Positions 40,822 through 53,334 of a stretch of DNA of 64,000 bases are shown piece by piece. The notes beneath the pieces are model-generated. The model was not told the DNA's origin, did not search any database, and worked only from the letters and a program-made list of their open reading frames with translations. The position numbers were made by a program, and so were the translations under genes. This DNA is from the human T2T-CHM13v2.0 reference genome, Homo sapiens, in the NCBI RefSeq assembly GCF_009914755.1, contig NC_060934.1. The stretch is one strand, 5' to 3'. How positions within the stretch are numbered: the stretch's first letter is position 1; each line of letters opens with the position of its first letter.

Positions 40822-41724
40822 TAAGAGTGGTCAAAGTGGGCATTTTTGTCTTTTTCAAGTTCTTAGAGGAAATGCTTTCAACTTTCCTCCATTAAGTATC
40901 ATATTGGCTGTGGGTTTGTCATATATGGCACTTATTATGTTGAAATATGCTCTTTCTGTGCCTAGTTTGCTGAGGATTTTTATCACGAAGGGATTCTGAA
41001 TTTTACTGATTTTTTCTGCATTTACTGAGGTGATCACATGATTTTTGTCCTGAATTCTGTTTATGTGACCTATCATGTTTATTAATTTGTGTATGTTGAA
41101 ACATCCTTGCATTCCTGGGGAAAATATCACCTGACCATGGTGTATTATCTTTTTCATGTGCTGTTGGATTTGATTTACTAGTATTTTGTTGAGGAGTTTT
41201 GTATCTATGTTCATCAGGAATGTTGGTCTATAGTTTTCTTTTTTTGTTGTTTCCTTGTCTGATTTTGGTATTAGGGTAATACTGACCTCGTAAAATAAGT
41301 TAGTGAGAATTCCCTCCTCCTTGATTTTTTGGAAAAGTTTCGGGAGAATTAGTATTAGTTTTTCTTTGTATGTTCAGTAGAATTCAGCTGTGAATCCATC
41401 TGGTTCTGGGCTTTTTGTTGTTGGGAGATTTTTTTTTTATTACTGATTCAATCTTGCTACTCATTATTGGTCTGTTCAATAGTTCTATTTCTTCCTGGTT
41501 CAATCTTGAGAGGTTGTGTGTTCCCCAGGAATTTATCGATTTCCTCTAGAATTTCTAGTTTGGGAGGAGGCCGAGTGTTGAAAACATACCTATTGGGTAC
41601 AATGTTCACTATTCAAGTGATGGGTACACTAACAGCCCAGATTTCACCACTGCAAAATATATGTATGTAAGAAAATTGCACTTACTTGTACCTCCTAAAT
41701 ACAGAAAATAAATAAATAAATACA
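40822..41724 (+). mobile_element. 5'-inverted (twin-primed) L1PB-like insertion with 16-bp TSD
   Basis: Antisense ORF2 RT segment 40822-41560 (ORF 40855-41214) joined to a sense 3' UTR and A-tail; TSD ttctactgctattcat at 40806-40821 and 41725-41740. Confidence 0.92.
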
Positions 41725-42899
41725 TTCTACTGCTATTCATCATGCCTGAGAGGCAAGTAATTACTTAACTAATCAACCCATCAACTAACTGATACTTATG
41801 TAGGGACAAATATGTTCAAAAACAATGTGTGTGTATGCTGCTATGAGGTATTTGCATTTTTTTTCTTCTGTGTTGCTGCTGCTGCTCTATCCAGTAAAAT
41901 GGTAATTTTTGGTTCTTACGTGTGTTAATGGACAAGGTGAAAACAAAGCTTATTGGCATAAATCATCAATGAAAATTCCTGAAAGAATCTATTAAAAAAC
42001 AATTGTTCTTACCTGTAGACTAAGCCTTCTTTAAAATAAAAATAAAAAACCATTAAATTACTATTTCCTAAACTTAATCAAGTAGCAAAGTATTGGCAAA
42101 CTTTTTGGGGAGACTGTGGTAAAAAATATATTAAACTAAAATCAATAAGGGTATGATTTTGTGATAAGTATATCCCTATTAGTAAAACATTTTAATATGA
42201 ACCTCCCAATAATATATTCATAATGTTTGCCATTGACTATACTAACATAAAATTTTACTAATATTATGTATATTATGAAGTGGAAACAATAACATAAATT
42301 TAAAATATGATAAAATAAATAACTACGGTTGCAATATTTTCTTCCTGTATATCCAATAAATCATAACGTATTATATTCTCAACTGTCCTAGTAGCCTTGT
42401 TTCTCTACTCTGGCTTTGTGCATTTTGACTGACTCTGTCTTTGAGGAAAAGTAAGTACTTAGTTGGCACGTATTTAAAAATAATTTCCTACATGTGGGAC
42501 AATAATTTTTTTTCAGCCCTGACATTAGTTAGTGATTCTCAAATAATGATCTTTGGTTGGTAATTTCCAGTAAGCCCTCTAAAAATATTTTTAGGCTGTC
42601 TTTCCCAAAATGGCACAGAAAAATACATGAATGGGTGGATTATTCTCAATTTCAATTTTGTCATCCATAACCTGTGTTTACACCATTAGTCCCTTGCTAT
42701 AGCTTATCTATGCTGATTGTCTCCAAAGTATGTATGTACACTTCTGGATCCTGTTTTGGTTGTGTTACACTTTGCTACTATTGCTTGTTTTGTTACTCAT
42801 GTTAAAATTTTTATGGTACACCTAGAGTTTCTCTAAGTTTCTGTACCTTCACTGGTTTCATTGATCATTCCCTCCGGTGAATAGTCTTGACATATATTT

Positions 42900-43040
42900 G
42901 CAAGCGCTTTCAAACTTTATATGCAAAGGAATCACCTAGGGATCTTGGAAAAAATGCAGATTCTTACTCAGAATCTGAAGTAGTGGCTGAGTTTCTGTAT
43001 TTTTAACAAGGTCCCAGGCATATGCCTGATGCTGACAGTC
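42900..43040. mobile_element. MER5A fragment
   Basis: 'tttcaaacttt...gaatcacctagggatcttg...aaaatgcagattc...ctgtatttttaacaagg'. Confidence 0.75.
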
Positions 43041-43297
43041 TGTAAACTGAAAGGTCTTCACTTTGCGTTTGACTCTCACTAAGCGCTACACTCTGTTATT
43101 GATCACATTTCCAGATATGTACCCTATATACTCAACTATTTATATTTTCCATGAGTGTGGAGGTCACCTTAGCAATTGTCATTGATGATGATGATGATGA
43201 TGGCATTTTTTGACATCCACTCTGTAATCATTAAGCCACTTTTTATCTGTAAAATTCAATCCTAAGAAAGCATTCTGTAATCATGTTTTCATCTTAG

Positions 43298-43696
<399 letters not shown>

Positions 43697-43784
43697 TCTT
43701 ATTTACTTATAAAAGCATTCAACAAGCACAAAAACTACTCATGACACATGAAAGAGAAAAACAGCATGAGAGAAAATACCCTAA

Positions 43785-44164
<380 letters not shown>

Positions 44165-45049
44165 TATTTTCCTTATTTTTAAATTTCCTTTTTCCTATTT
44201 TTTTTGTAACTTCTATGTATTACTTGTATAATAAAGTCATGTTTAAAAACTTCCAAAAGTCCAGAACAACTTAGATCTATCACTTTTGCTTTTGTAACTC
44301 ACGGCAAATACCAAAAATTTGGTGTCTATTTGCATGATTTTTTATTCCTTATTCCCTTGCATTTGGTCACATTTTATTTGTTTCTCTGGCAGTCCTCACT
44401 AGAGCAACATTTTTACAACTCGACATTTCCTAGCACTTTGTTAGGCACATGATGTTTACTCAGATCTACCTGTTGATGGTTTTTCAATTTTCGGTCTTTA
44501 TTGAATTTCCACACAGATTATATGGAAGGAATTTAAGCAGTCCAAATATCTCCTTGAAATCACTAACATGTCTGATTTGCTCATCCTAAGTTTATGTCCT
44601 AAGCAAGGTCATAGTAATGGCTGAGTACATGCCAAGACAAAATGCATGGCAAGATATCAGTGGAAGTCCACATAGAATTTAGTGGATATTACTCTCAATT
44701 TTTCATCTCTTAACTCACCTGTCTTCCCACTTAGAAATGACCATAATTCTGAATGGTCATTGGTATTGGTATTGACGTACTGACAACTGAGTAGATTCTG
44801 AGATGACAAGTTAAATGGTGCTCCCACTCTGGAGAAGACACTAGAGGAAAGACGAAAATTACTTGGGGGTATCTGCTGCAGATCACATTAAATTCACTTC
44901 CTTTGTTTCTGCCAAAGTTCTGCCAATATGTTCAGGTTGATTTAAAAGGAATATGATGAAAATGGAAAACTGTTTCTAATCACAGCTATTAATTACTATA
45001 GACTGAATTCAAAGACATTTCCTAATTAAAATTTCAAAGTATCCTAAAT

Positions 45050-45345
45050 ATAATGTGAGATGTGAACCAGACAACACAAGGGATTTCTTTGTGACAGCCT
45101 ACAAGGCATCAAGGCAGGAGTCAGATTCCCAAGTGTACATAAAAGTAGGTCCATTTTAAAAATGATTTCAGAGAGCCTCCACCCACTGGAACAAGACATC
45201 CCTGTCCTAGTTGTAAATCCAACAAAGTCAAACTTGGAACAGCTGTCAGTGATACAAGAAACTGGAAAAGCCTCATGTGCTACACGGAAATACAAAAATG
45301 GACTAGTAAACCATGATGAGGGTCCATGGGATCCAAGAACAACCA
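45050..45345 (+). mobile_element. Possible ancient RTE-clade LINE (L4/MamRTE-like) C-terminal remnant
   Basis: Frameshifted reading gives RTE-like motifs 'PP..W' and 'TW.QL.SD.RNWKSL'. Confidence 0.3.
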
Positions 45346-45377
45346 ACAACGACACATAGTCAATAAGCTGCACTGGT

Positions 45378-45935
45378 TTATTCATTCAACAAGATTTCCT
45401 GGCTGCCCATTATATGCCAGGTACACTTTTAGGCAGTTGGCATACATGAGTAAACAAAATGGAAGAAGATCCCTTCCCTTGTGAAGTTCATATACAAGCA
45501 GACGGAGACAGACAATAAATAATATATCCAACTACTAGATACACTGCATTGTGTATGAGAAGATGAGAGGTGTTATAGATAAAAGTGGAGTAGGAGAATG
45601 CAGAGCTGTGGTTATGAGGAAGGATGGGAGTCAGATGGGTTGCAATTTTGAGTAGGGTGTCAGGGTAATTGTCATTGAGAAGGGACACTTGAACTGAGAG
45701 CCAGAAAAGATGAGGGAATGAGCCATGTTTGGGGAAGTTATCTTGGGGGAAGAGCTCTCCCTTCTCTAGTGCATAGGCCCTTATGTGGAGTGTGGTTGCC
45801 ACATTTGAGGGATTGGAAGGAAACAATTGTATCTAGCGTGGAGTGGACAGGTGAGAAGAGTCATAGGACATTTGATTTATCAACAGTGCCCCAGATCGTG
45901 TAGGTCATTGTAGGCCATAGTACAGACTTTGGCTA
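45378..45935 (-). mobile_element. L2a fragment
   Basis: 'ttcattcaacaagatttc...tatatgccaggtac...ttgcaattttgagtagggtgtcaggg...gagccagaaaagatgagggaatgagccatg'. Confidence 0.85.
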
Positions 45936-47394
45936 CTTGACATGGGGTCAAATTTCAACAGCAATTTTAGTGTCCATTCTCTATGTTTTCTTTTATCATT
46001 CCTTCTCACATGACTTAAAATGTTCCAGTCCTGCTCCTACTGTGTCCTTTCCTACTACTGTATTCTCATAATATGCTCCCTAATTTATGTCTTTGCTTAT
46101 TCTAATTTTCATTTTGAGAGCAAATTTGCTTACCTAAGGTGCAGGCAGCTCTTTCATTGTGAAAAAAACACCATCTAGGAACATCACTACTTCTCAAATT
46201 AAGTCAAAACTTCTCTCTTTATCTTGTAGGATCTGGCTTCTATGTACTGTTCAACCTGATACTTTCCTATGCACCTTTCAATCCTTCACTCCAATTTCTA
46301 TGCCTTTGCTCATGCCATTCTCTAAATACAAATTGTTTCCAATCTTCTCTTGTTACCACCTTATCCATTCTTTGATCTCCCCAAATGCCACAGTCATCTT
46401 TATAATCACTACAAATCCCAGCAACAAGTTGTCTCTCAGGTTTCCAAAATTCTCATCACTTTGTTTTCATATCTAAGACAGATTCTTTGCTATCAAATAC
46501 TAATTTTAAGTGGATTCAGAAATGCACAGGGGAAGAGGGGTAAATCTGTGTCATATTCATGTTTAATTTCCCACAAAGATCTTGGAATATCAGTGTACTA
46601 ATACATGTTGATAGAATATGTTTCAGCACTCAATCTGTAAACATAGAGAGCTTTAGCATTATTGACACAAGCCCACTCAGGACATAATGGCCAATCTTCT
46701 TCATCATGACCCATGGGCATTTAACTTTGTGATTATAGATACATCTGTACTCCTTGTGACTGTCCATGCTTCATGCCCAAGACAAGGAATACTGGATTAA
46801 TTTAGGAATCCATCATATTTTTAAAGCCGTGACAACTAGCTGTATCATAAATATAGCCGATCACCCAGCAGCATAAATAATGGAAACACTGCCTTGGGGC
46901 CAATAAAAGTGACTGATGCTATGAATTGCTGTTAAGCCTGGTTATCCTTGTTCCATGTGGATCTCTGTAGCCTGTCTTTGTGCTTCAGATTGGCACTGCA
47001 GAAGCAGCATCTGTGAAAACATCAGACATCGAACAGCCACTGCATTTATCCAGTCTGAATTTGCAAATGAGGGGGAAGGTATCTGATCCAGTGTAAACTA
47101 GGCCCACACAGAGAGATGTGTCCTTATCATATTCATATTAATTATTGAGGAGCGCTTAAAATGTGTGGAATAATAAGAATTAAGTCTTTCTGTTTTTACT
47201 TTTATTTTAAATAATAGAAATTTTTAAAATAACTTGCCCTTTACTTGGATGTCATAGATAAGGATGTCTTTTTTTTTCTAATGTTCTATAAACATTAGAA
47301 AATGTCTTTAGATAGTTAATTTGGCTCCTTACATACTAAAAAGGGACATTTTGATGAAAATTTGATTTACAGAAGCATCCTGATAGAAAAAAAA

Positions 47395-47720
47395 TGCCAT
47401 CTCAGAACCAGAAATCCTGGCTTCTGATTCTAGCTCTACTGTTAATTAGCTTTAGTAGCTTGCATGGGTTACGTAACCTTCCTTCATCAAGCTCTGTCCC
47501 TTTACATATACAATGATGGAGAAAAATGAGATAGGTGTGCTATGTATTCAGGACCTATTTTGTGCAAACTGCTTTATCAACCTTTTCTGCTACTAAGCTT
47601 TTAGTGACATTATTATCTCCATTTTATAGATGAAAAGATTGGGTTTCAAAGAAGCTATGTAATTTTCCCAAGGTTACATAAAATAAGTGTCAAACCCAAA
47701 TCCTGGTCAATCTGAGGTCC
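47395..47720. mobile_element. Two MIR fragments in opposite orientations
   Basis: 'cctggcttctgattctagctctactg' and 'attatctccattttatagatgaaaagattggg...ttttcccaaggttaca'. Confidence 0.7.
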
Positions 47721-47726
47721 AATCCA

Positions 47727-47878
47727 AAAATTATGCAATTAAGACATTGGAATATGAAGGTAGAAACACAAAGGTAGAGTGTTTTGCAGAATGTCTTGCC
47801 TTGAGAAGTTGATATAATTATTCTGCATGCATCCAATCTTGAGAGATAGTAATGACTTAGGCTCCTTTGCCAAATGTG
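47727..47878 (+). repeat. Copy 1 of a ~150-bp local direct duplication
   Basis: Matches 49610-49762 at about 90%. Confidence 0.92.
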
Positions 47879-48573
47879 CCAAAACTGCTTCCCAAGTCAA
47901 GTCACAGCAGAAGAGATAATTATGGATGACTGATCAAGCAGACCACTTCCATTTAAACAGTAAACATTTTAGAATAATATTCAGCTTTATTAAGGTGGAT
48001 TCATTTACTGGGGTCTACTGCATATTGGAATTCTGATTATGAGAAGCTTCTATATCTAGCTCAGTGGGAATCTTTAAAAATTGTCTTCTTAGAGGTCTTT
48101 TAAAATGGGCATTCTTATTTTTCTGTGTTACGGCAGCACCAAAGTAAGTACTTTCTATCTTTAGGTCTATGTTCATATCATCTTTGAAGTGTCATGACTT
48201 ACCCTCTTTTATATTCAAAATGTGTACTTACTTCTTATTCAAGTATATGCTGCCCTTCTGGCTTCCATCATTTTTGTTTTACATTAGAGTAATTTATGTA
48301 TCTTTCAAAATAAATCCTTATATTCCCAAAAGTGTTAAATACAGTATCTTATACAGAGTATCATATAAACTTGTTTCAGGAATACCTGAATTTATAATGC
48401 AGGTCAAAAATGGAACTTTCCTTTTATTTATTTATTTTTCCTTACAGCTGTATTCCACCCAAGATATTTTAAACTGGGCAAGGGAATCTGGGGAAGTAGC
48501 TGGATTCCCAAATCCAGCAATTCAACTCAAGATGGAGTTAGAATTGGTCCTTAAAAACAAAGCTATTGGATAT

Positions 48574-49043
48574 TGCATTAGAGTAGGTTTCTAGGGAAAC
48601 AGGCTTTGAGACAGAGATTCATATTCATGCAGTTTATTGAGTAGTGCTTTCAGCGACAGTGGCTGGGGGAAAGAAGAGGAGGTAAGGGAAGCAGGAGTGG
48701 GCAAAGGGAGAAGTTATATAAGGTAGATGTAACCAAAGTTTTGGTTGATCCTGCCAGGAGCTTTAGAGCTGAGGGAGCCCTTTACAGTTGTCTTGAATTG
48801 AAGATAGAGGGTGCCTTCCTGCCCATTGTCAATAGATGCATAATGACCCTGGGAATAGGCAGAATCTTGGGAAAGGCAGCAAATCTGGACCAGCACAATT
48901 CCTTAAAGGGACTCAGCTGTGAGCAGGGACTCAGCTGTGAGCAGTAACTCAGCTGTGAGCAGACACCATCTCAGAATATGGAAAATAGGGGACCTCATGT
49001 TGAAGCGGTGGGATCTGAGTGGGGTACCCCAACATCAATGATA
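48574..49043 (-). mobile_element. LTR16A-like solo LTR with an internal 18-bp triplication
   Basis: 'ggtttctagggaaacaggctttgagacagagatt...tttattgagtagtgct...gggactcagctgtgagc...ggatctgagtgg'. Confidence 0.85.
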
Positions 49044-49444
49044 CCGCTTACAAATGATAAGAAAGGGGTACTGAACACTATATTCAACACCACATATAAC
49101 TATACTTCTTTGTTCACATTGGCTGTTTGAAAATTATTACTTCATGGCAATCACAAATGTGGAGCAATGACGAAGTTGGAAACAGGGTTGTCAAGAAGCA
49201 TAGACTGTATATTCAGAGGACAAAACAGTCTCAAATACATGAAAGGGCAGATTTTCAAGTTTCTTCAGTCTTATGGCATAATCTTGAGCAAGGAGGAAAA
49301 GGGAGTAAACTGAAATAAATTGAGTGTTAATGCATCCTGGGCATCATCTTAGGTCTTTCATATGCCTGGGATTTATAGTTAGATAAAGGCTTTAAGAGTC
49401 AGTTAGATAAAAAAAAATTGGGGGCTTTTATTTGTGGACCAAAG

Positions 49445-49600
49445 CAAAAAGAATCACTTGAAATAATTGTTAAAAATGTAGGTTCCTAGGTCCAGCCCCA
49501 GGTCCATTACATATTTTTTTTTTCAGATTGAGCTGGGAAATACTAATTTTAATGAACACAGTGAATGATTTTAATGCTCATTAAAGTTTGGGTACCATTA
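49445..49600. mobile_element. MER5A fragment
   Basis: 'gaatcacttgaaataattgttaaaaatg...tgattttaatgctcattaaagtttgggtacca'. Confidence 0.65.
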
Positions 49601-49609
49601 TTTTGGGAA

Positions 49610-49762
49610 AAAAAGTATGTAGTTAAGACATTGGAATATGAAGGTAGAAAGTCAGAAAGGTAGAGTGTTCTGTGGAATGTCCTGCCTTGAGAAGCTGATA
49701 AAATTCTTCTGCATGCATCCAATCTTGAGAGATAGTGATGACAGGCTCCTTTGCCAAATGTG
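49610..49762 (+). repeat. Copy 2 of a ~150-bp local direct duplication
   Basis: Matches 47727-47878. Confidence 0.92.
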
Positions 49763-50013
49763 TAAGCTTCTATTTGCCATGGTTTCTGTTTAAATAAAAA
49801 AAAGATCGTGTGATTCCTCTAGCTAGTAACATCTAATATGTATGGTATTACTGATAGCCATGTGAAACATCTACTCTTTGAATTGTGTCAGGGGCAGGCA
49901 TATCCAAGGGATAAGGAAAACACACAGAGTTAGACTTTCCTTATTCTGTTTCTTCTCACGACCTATTGTTAGTGTTCTCTTTTTTCATCACAGGGAGCAT
50001 AAGGTTTGTCAAT

Positions 50014-50220
50014 TGCAATGTACTGGTAAACTGGCTTTCCAGTAAACAAACAAACATGAGGTCCAGGTTTGTAGTGTTTCTGATTTCCATGGTGCAAGTA
50101 TTCCCACTTGATCATGGCTGATTTCAGCTTATCAATTATTTAACAACTGGCCTGCAAAATTCTTGATTGTTTAAAAATCAACTCTCTTAATCAGGAAGAG
50201 CTAATTCCAGCACACCACGG
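50014..50220. mobile_element. MER63-like (hAT-Blackjack) MITE
   Basis: 'tgtactggtaaa...tttgtagtgtttctgatttccatggtgcaagtattcccac...catggctgatttca...ttccagcacaccac'. Confidence 0.75.
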
Positions 50221-50244
50221 ATATAGCTACCATGAATATGTTGT

Positions 50245-50440
50245 TTTGTGTTAATTGTGGCAAACATGTTTAACATGATATCTACCCTCTTAACAGATGT
50301 TTAAGTGTACAATACAGCATTGTTAAGTATAGATACAATACTGTGTAGTAGTTTTCTGGAACTTAATCATCTTGCATAACTGAAACTTTATACCTGTCAA
50401 CAGCAACTCAATATTTTCCCAACCTCCCAGACTCAGGCGA
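50245..50440 (-). mobile_element. L1MA/MB 3' end fragment
   Basis: 'atctaccctcttaacag...ttaagtgtacaatacagcattgttaa...catcttgcataactgaaactttatacc'. Confidence 0.85.
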
Positions 50441-50554
50441 CTGTCATAAAATGTCGACCATTAATTCTTTTAACTTGCCAAATTTTGTTTTGGTAGCATT
50501 TCCCCGTATCTAGATAACTTGTTATCTTTCAAATTTGATCCAAATTTCTACGTC

Positions 50555-50772
50555 ATGAGACTGCAAACTTTTTCTGAAAGAGGCCAGGTGGTAAATATTT
50601 TGGATTTGTAGGCCATGGTCTCTGTCAACCACTCAATTCTGCTGTTGTAATACAAAAGTAGCCATAGACAATATGTAAACAAATGGACTTGGCTGGGTTC
50701 CAATAAGACATTATTTATAAAATTAGGTTGTGAGCTGGATTTGGGCCACAGGTCATAGTTTGCTGATCCCAG
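50555..50772. mobile_element. MER58A (hAT-Charlie MITE)
   Basis: 'gcaaactttttctgaaagaggccaggtggtaaatattttgg...agccatagacaatatgtaaacaaatgg...catagtttgctgatccc'. Confidence 0.92.
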
Positions 50773-51793
50773 TCCTAAATCAAGTGGGCTGCAGGGTTTT
50801 CTGAACAATACCTGTTGTTTCTGGACTCTTGGAAGGTACTTTTCATCCCTTGAAGATCCTAAGTGTGGTACCAGCACCTGGGAGCTAACAGACATTTTTC
50901 CTTTCTAACATGAAAATGGCCTCAGCAGGGGACAGCCATAATAAAATCTTAAATGATGAAGGAGGGAGGGCACCATCTTAGACCCACTGACAAACGAGCC
51001 CTACAAAAATGGAATGCAGCTGTTGCTCAAACTTGACCTCCTAAGCTCTTTCTCTATGTTGATTTCTGTGAATCCCCCACAGCATTCTTTCTCAATTACA
51101 GCAAACACAGCTCACAAACCTGCCCAGGGAGTAAAATTAGACAATTTGACATAAAATAGATGCCTTCAAAGAGGCAGGCAGGCACATGGAAATATCAGTA
51201 ACTGTTGCCTAACAGGGCAATCCCCTGGGTGTCTATAGACTTAATTATGTTAATCACATCATCCATCTTACATGGGGAGGCCAGTCTGTTGCCAAGAAGC
51301 CTGGAGAGAAAATGATTTTGCTAAAAATGCCTACCTTTCAGGATGAAGGAAGTCAGTCCTCCTTTTGCTATGGGATCCAGGCTCAACTTCATAGCATTTG
51401 GAGATGACCTAAACCAGTTTGGGACAGAGCCACAGCTTCCCAGCTGTATTGTACTGTCTAACACATCAGGCATACTGCTCTGCCTGTGAACTTCGTAGAG
51501 GAGCACATTGAGACATAGGAACACATACAAGCCAAACAACTTTTTAAAAAAGTCTCTTTGAGATGGAAGTAGAAACAAGAGAAGAAGCAGTGACTCAAAC
51601 AATGTAGAATGTTCAACGCCTGCTCACAAACTCAAACTGCCTTCCAGAAAGCATGTTTACTTCTCCACATTTTCATCCAGTAATTACTTCAAAATATCAT
51701 TTCAAGAAATGATTGTAATCCTTATCCCATTCTCAATTAAGCTATATGAGGGAAAAGGCAATAGTCAATCGAAATGAGTACCTTTTAAAAATC

Positions 51794-51794
51794 T

Positions 51795-51833
<39 letters not shown>
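51794..51833. repeat. (TTTA)n microsatellite
   Basis: Direct reading. Confidence 0.9.
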
Positions 51834-52437
51834 GTCAGTAATAATTCTAAGACAACTGCATGCTTCAGAAGATCTGAAGTGGTATAGAGCAGATCCTTGC
51901 GAATTCAGGCCAGCATGCCGGAATGGACTTTCCCCGTAGCTGACAGTTGTTCTCCTGATTCATGATGGAGACATTTCAGTCTCCATCTGGCTCTTGCCGG
52001 AGGTCAATCCAGAGACCCAATGTGTCCCACCAGTACGGTCCAGCCCAGAGATTAAAAAATGAGCACTATTTCATGTGTTGTATGATAAGCACTGAAGACC
52101 CTCCTCACAGTCCTTTCTTCTCTCTTTACCCCAGTGAGAGTAAGAGAGGCAGTTTTCAGAGAGCAGAACACAGACTTACAGAAGTAGCAAGTGACTGCTT
52201 GACATGGATGTTTCTAACCTTGAGGATAACAGAGGGTCCTGTGATGGGTACTCAACTAGGCAGCACATTCCAGACTTTTAACCGTCTTCTTGGTCTCTGA
52301 AGAGTCCTAAGAGTCATTTATAGAGACAAAAAAAAAATGCAGGAGGAGAATTTCCTTGTTTGTATCTAAAACAAGGAAAGATTTTATTACAGAGAAAGAC
52401 TTTGACAGTCATGGGTGGCTCAAAAGTCTATGGTATA

Positions 52438-52780
<343 letters not shown>

Positions 52781-53334
52781 TTACATTTGTGAGATTTCTT
52801 AAAATTTTCTTTCTTTTTCTGTTTTCTTATTTTGGAAGTTATTACACCTTGTTCTATTATGTTGTTACTATTTACTGCCCAACACAGAAGTAGTCCACAA
52901 TCACCAATACTAAAGCTGCCTGGTAGTCCAGATTTTCTGGCTCTCCCAATTTGTAAGGTCTAATTAGTAGCAATATCGTTCTTCTCCAGAGGGATTTTCA
53001 CCACACACTAGAGACTGAGTTGGAACAACTTGCTTGACTAGCTCTGTAACTTTACAGGAGTCTGGGGAGTTAAGTCTCCCCTAAACACACTGTATTATTG
53101 TGTGATTAAAGTGTTTCCAGATTTGCTCACTCTCAAAGCCAGTAACAGAAACAGGTTCCCACTGCCCTCTCTGGCCTTGAGTTGGTATTCATTTGCAATA
53201 TTAAGATTGGAGGGAAATTCAGCACTCCTTACTAAGAAAGATTTAAAGAATATCCTTGCAATATGAATAAATTTAACCCCATGAAGCAGTGTCTTATTTA
53301 AGATTACATAAGAGCAGATTAAAGTCATCATGAT

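Noticed and set aside
40855-41214. 119-aa reverse-transcriptase-like ORF
   Set aside because: Fragment of dead L1 ORF2, not an independent RT system
48169-48594. 141-aa hydrophobic ORF
   Set aside because: F/I/L/Y-rich composition expected from AT-rich non-coding DNA; ends inside an LTR
48908-48961. Short direct repeats as a CRISPR-like array
   Set aside because: Head-to-tail with no spacers, eukaryotic LTR context, no cas genes
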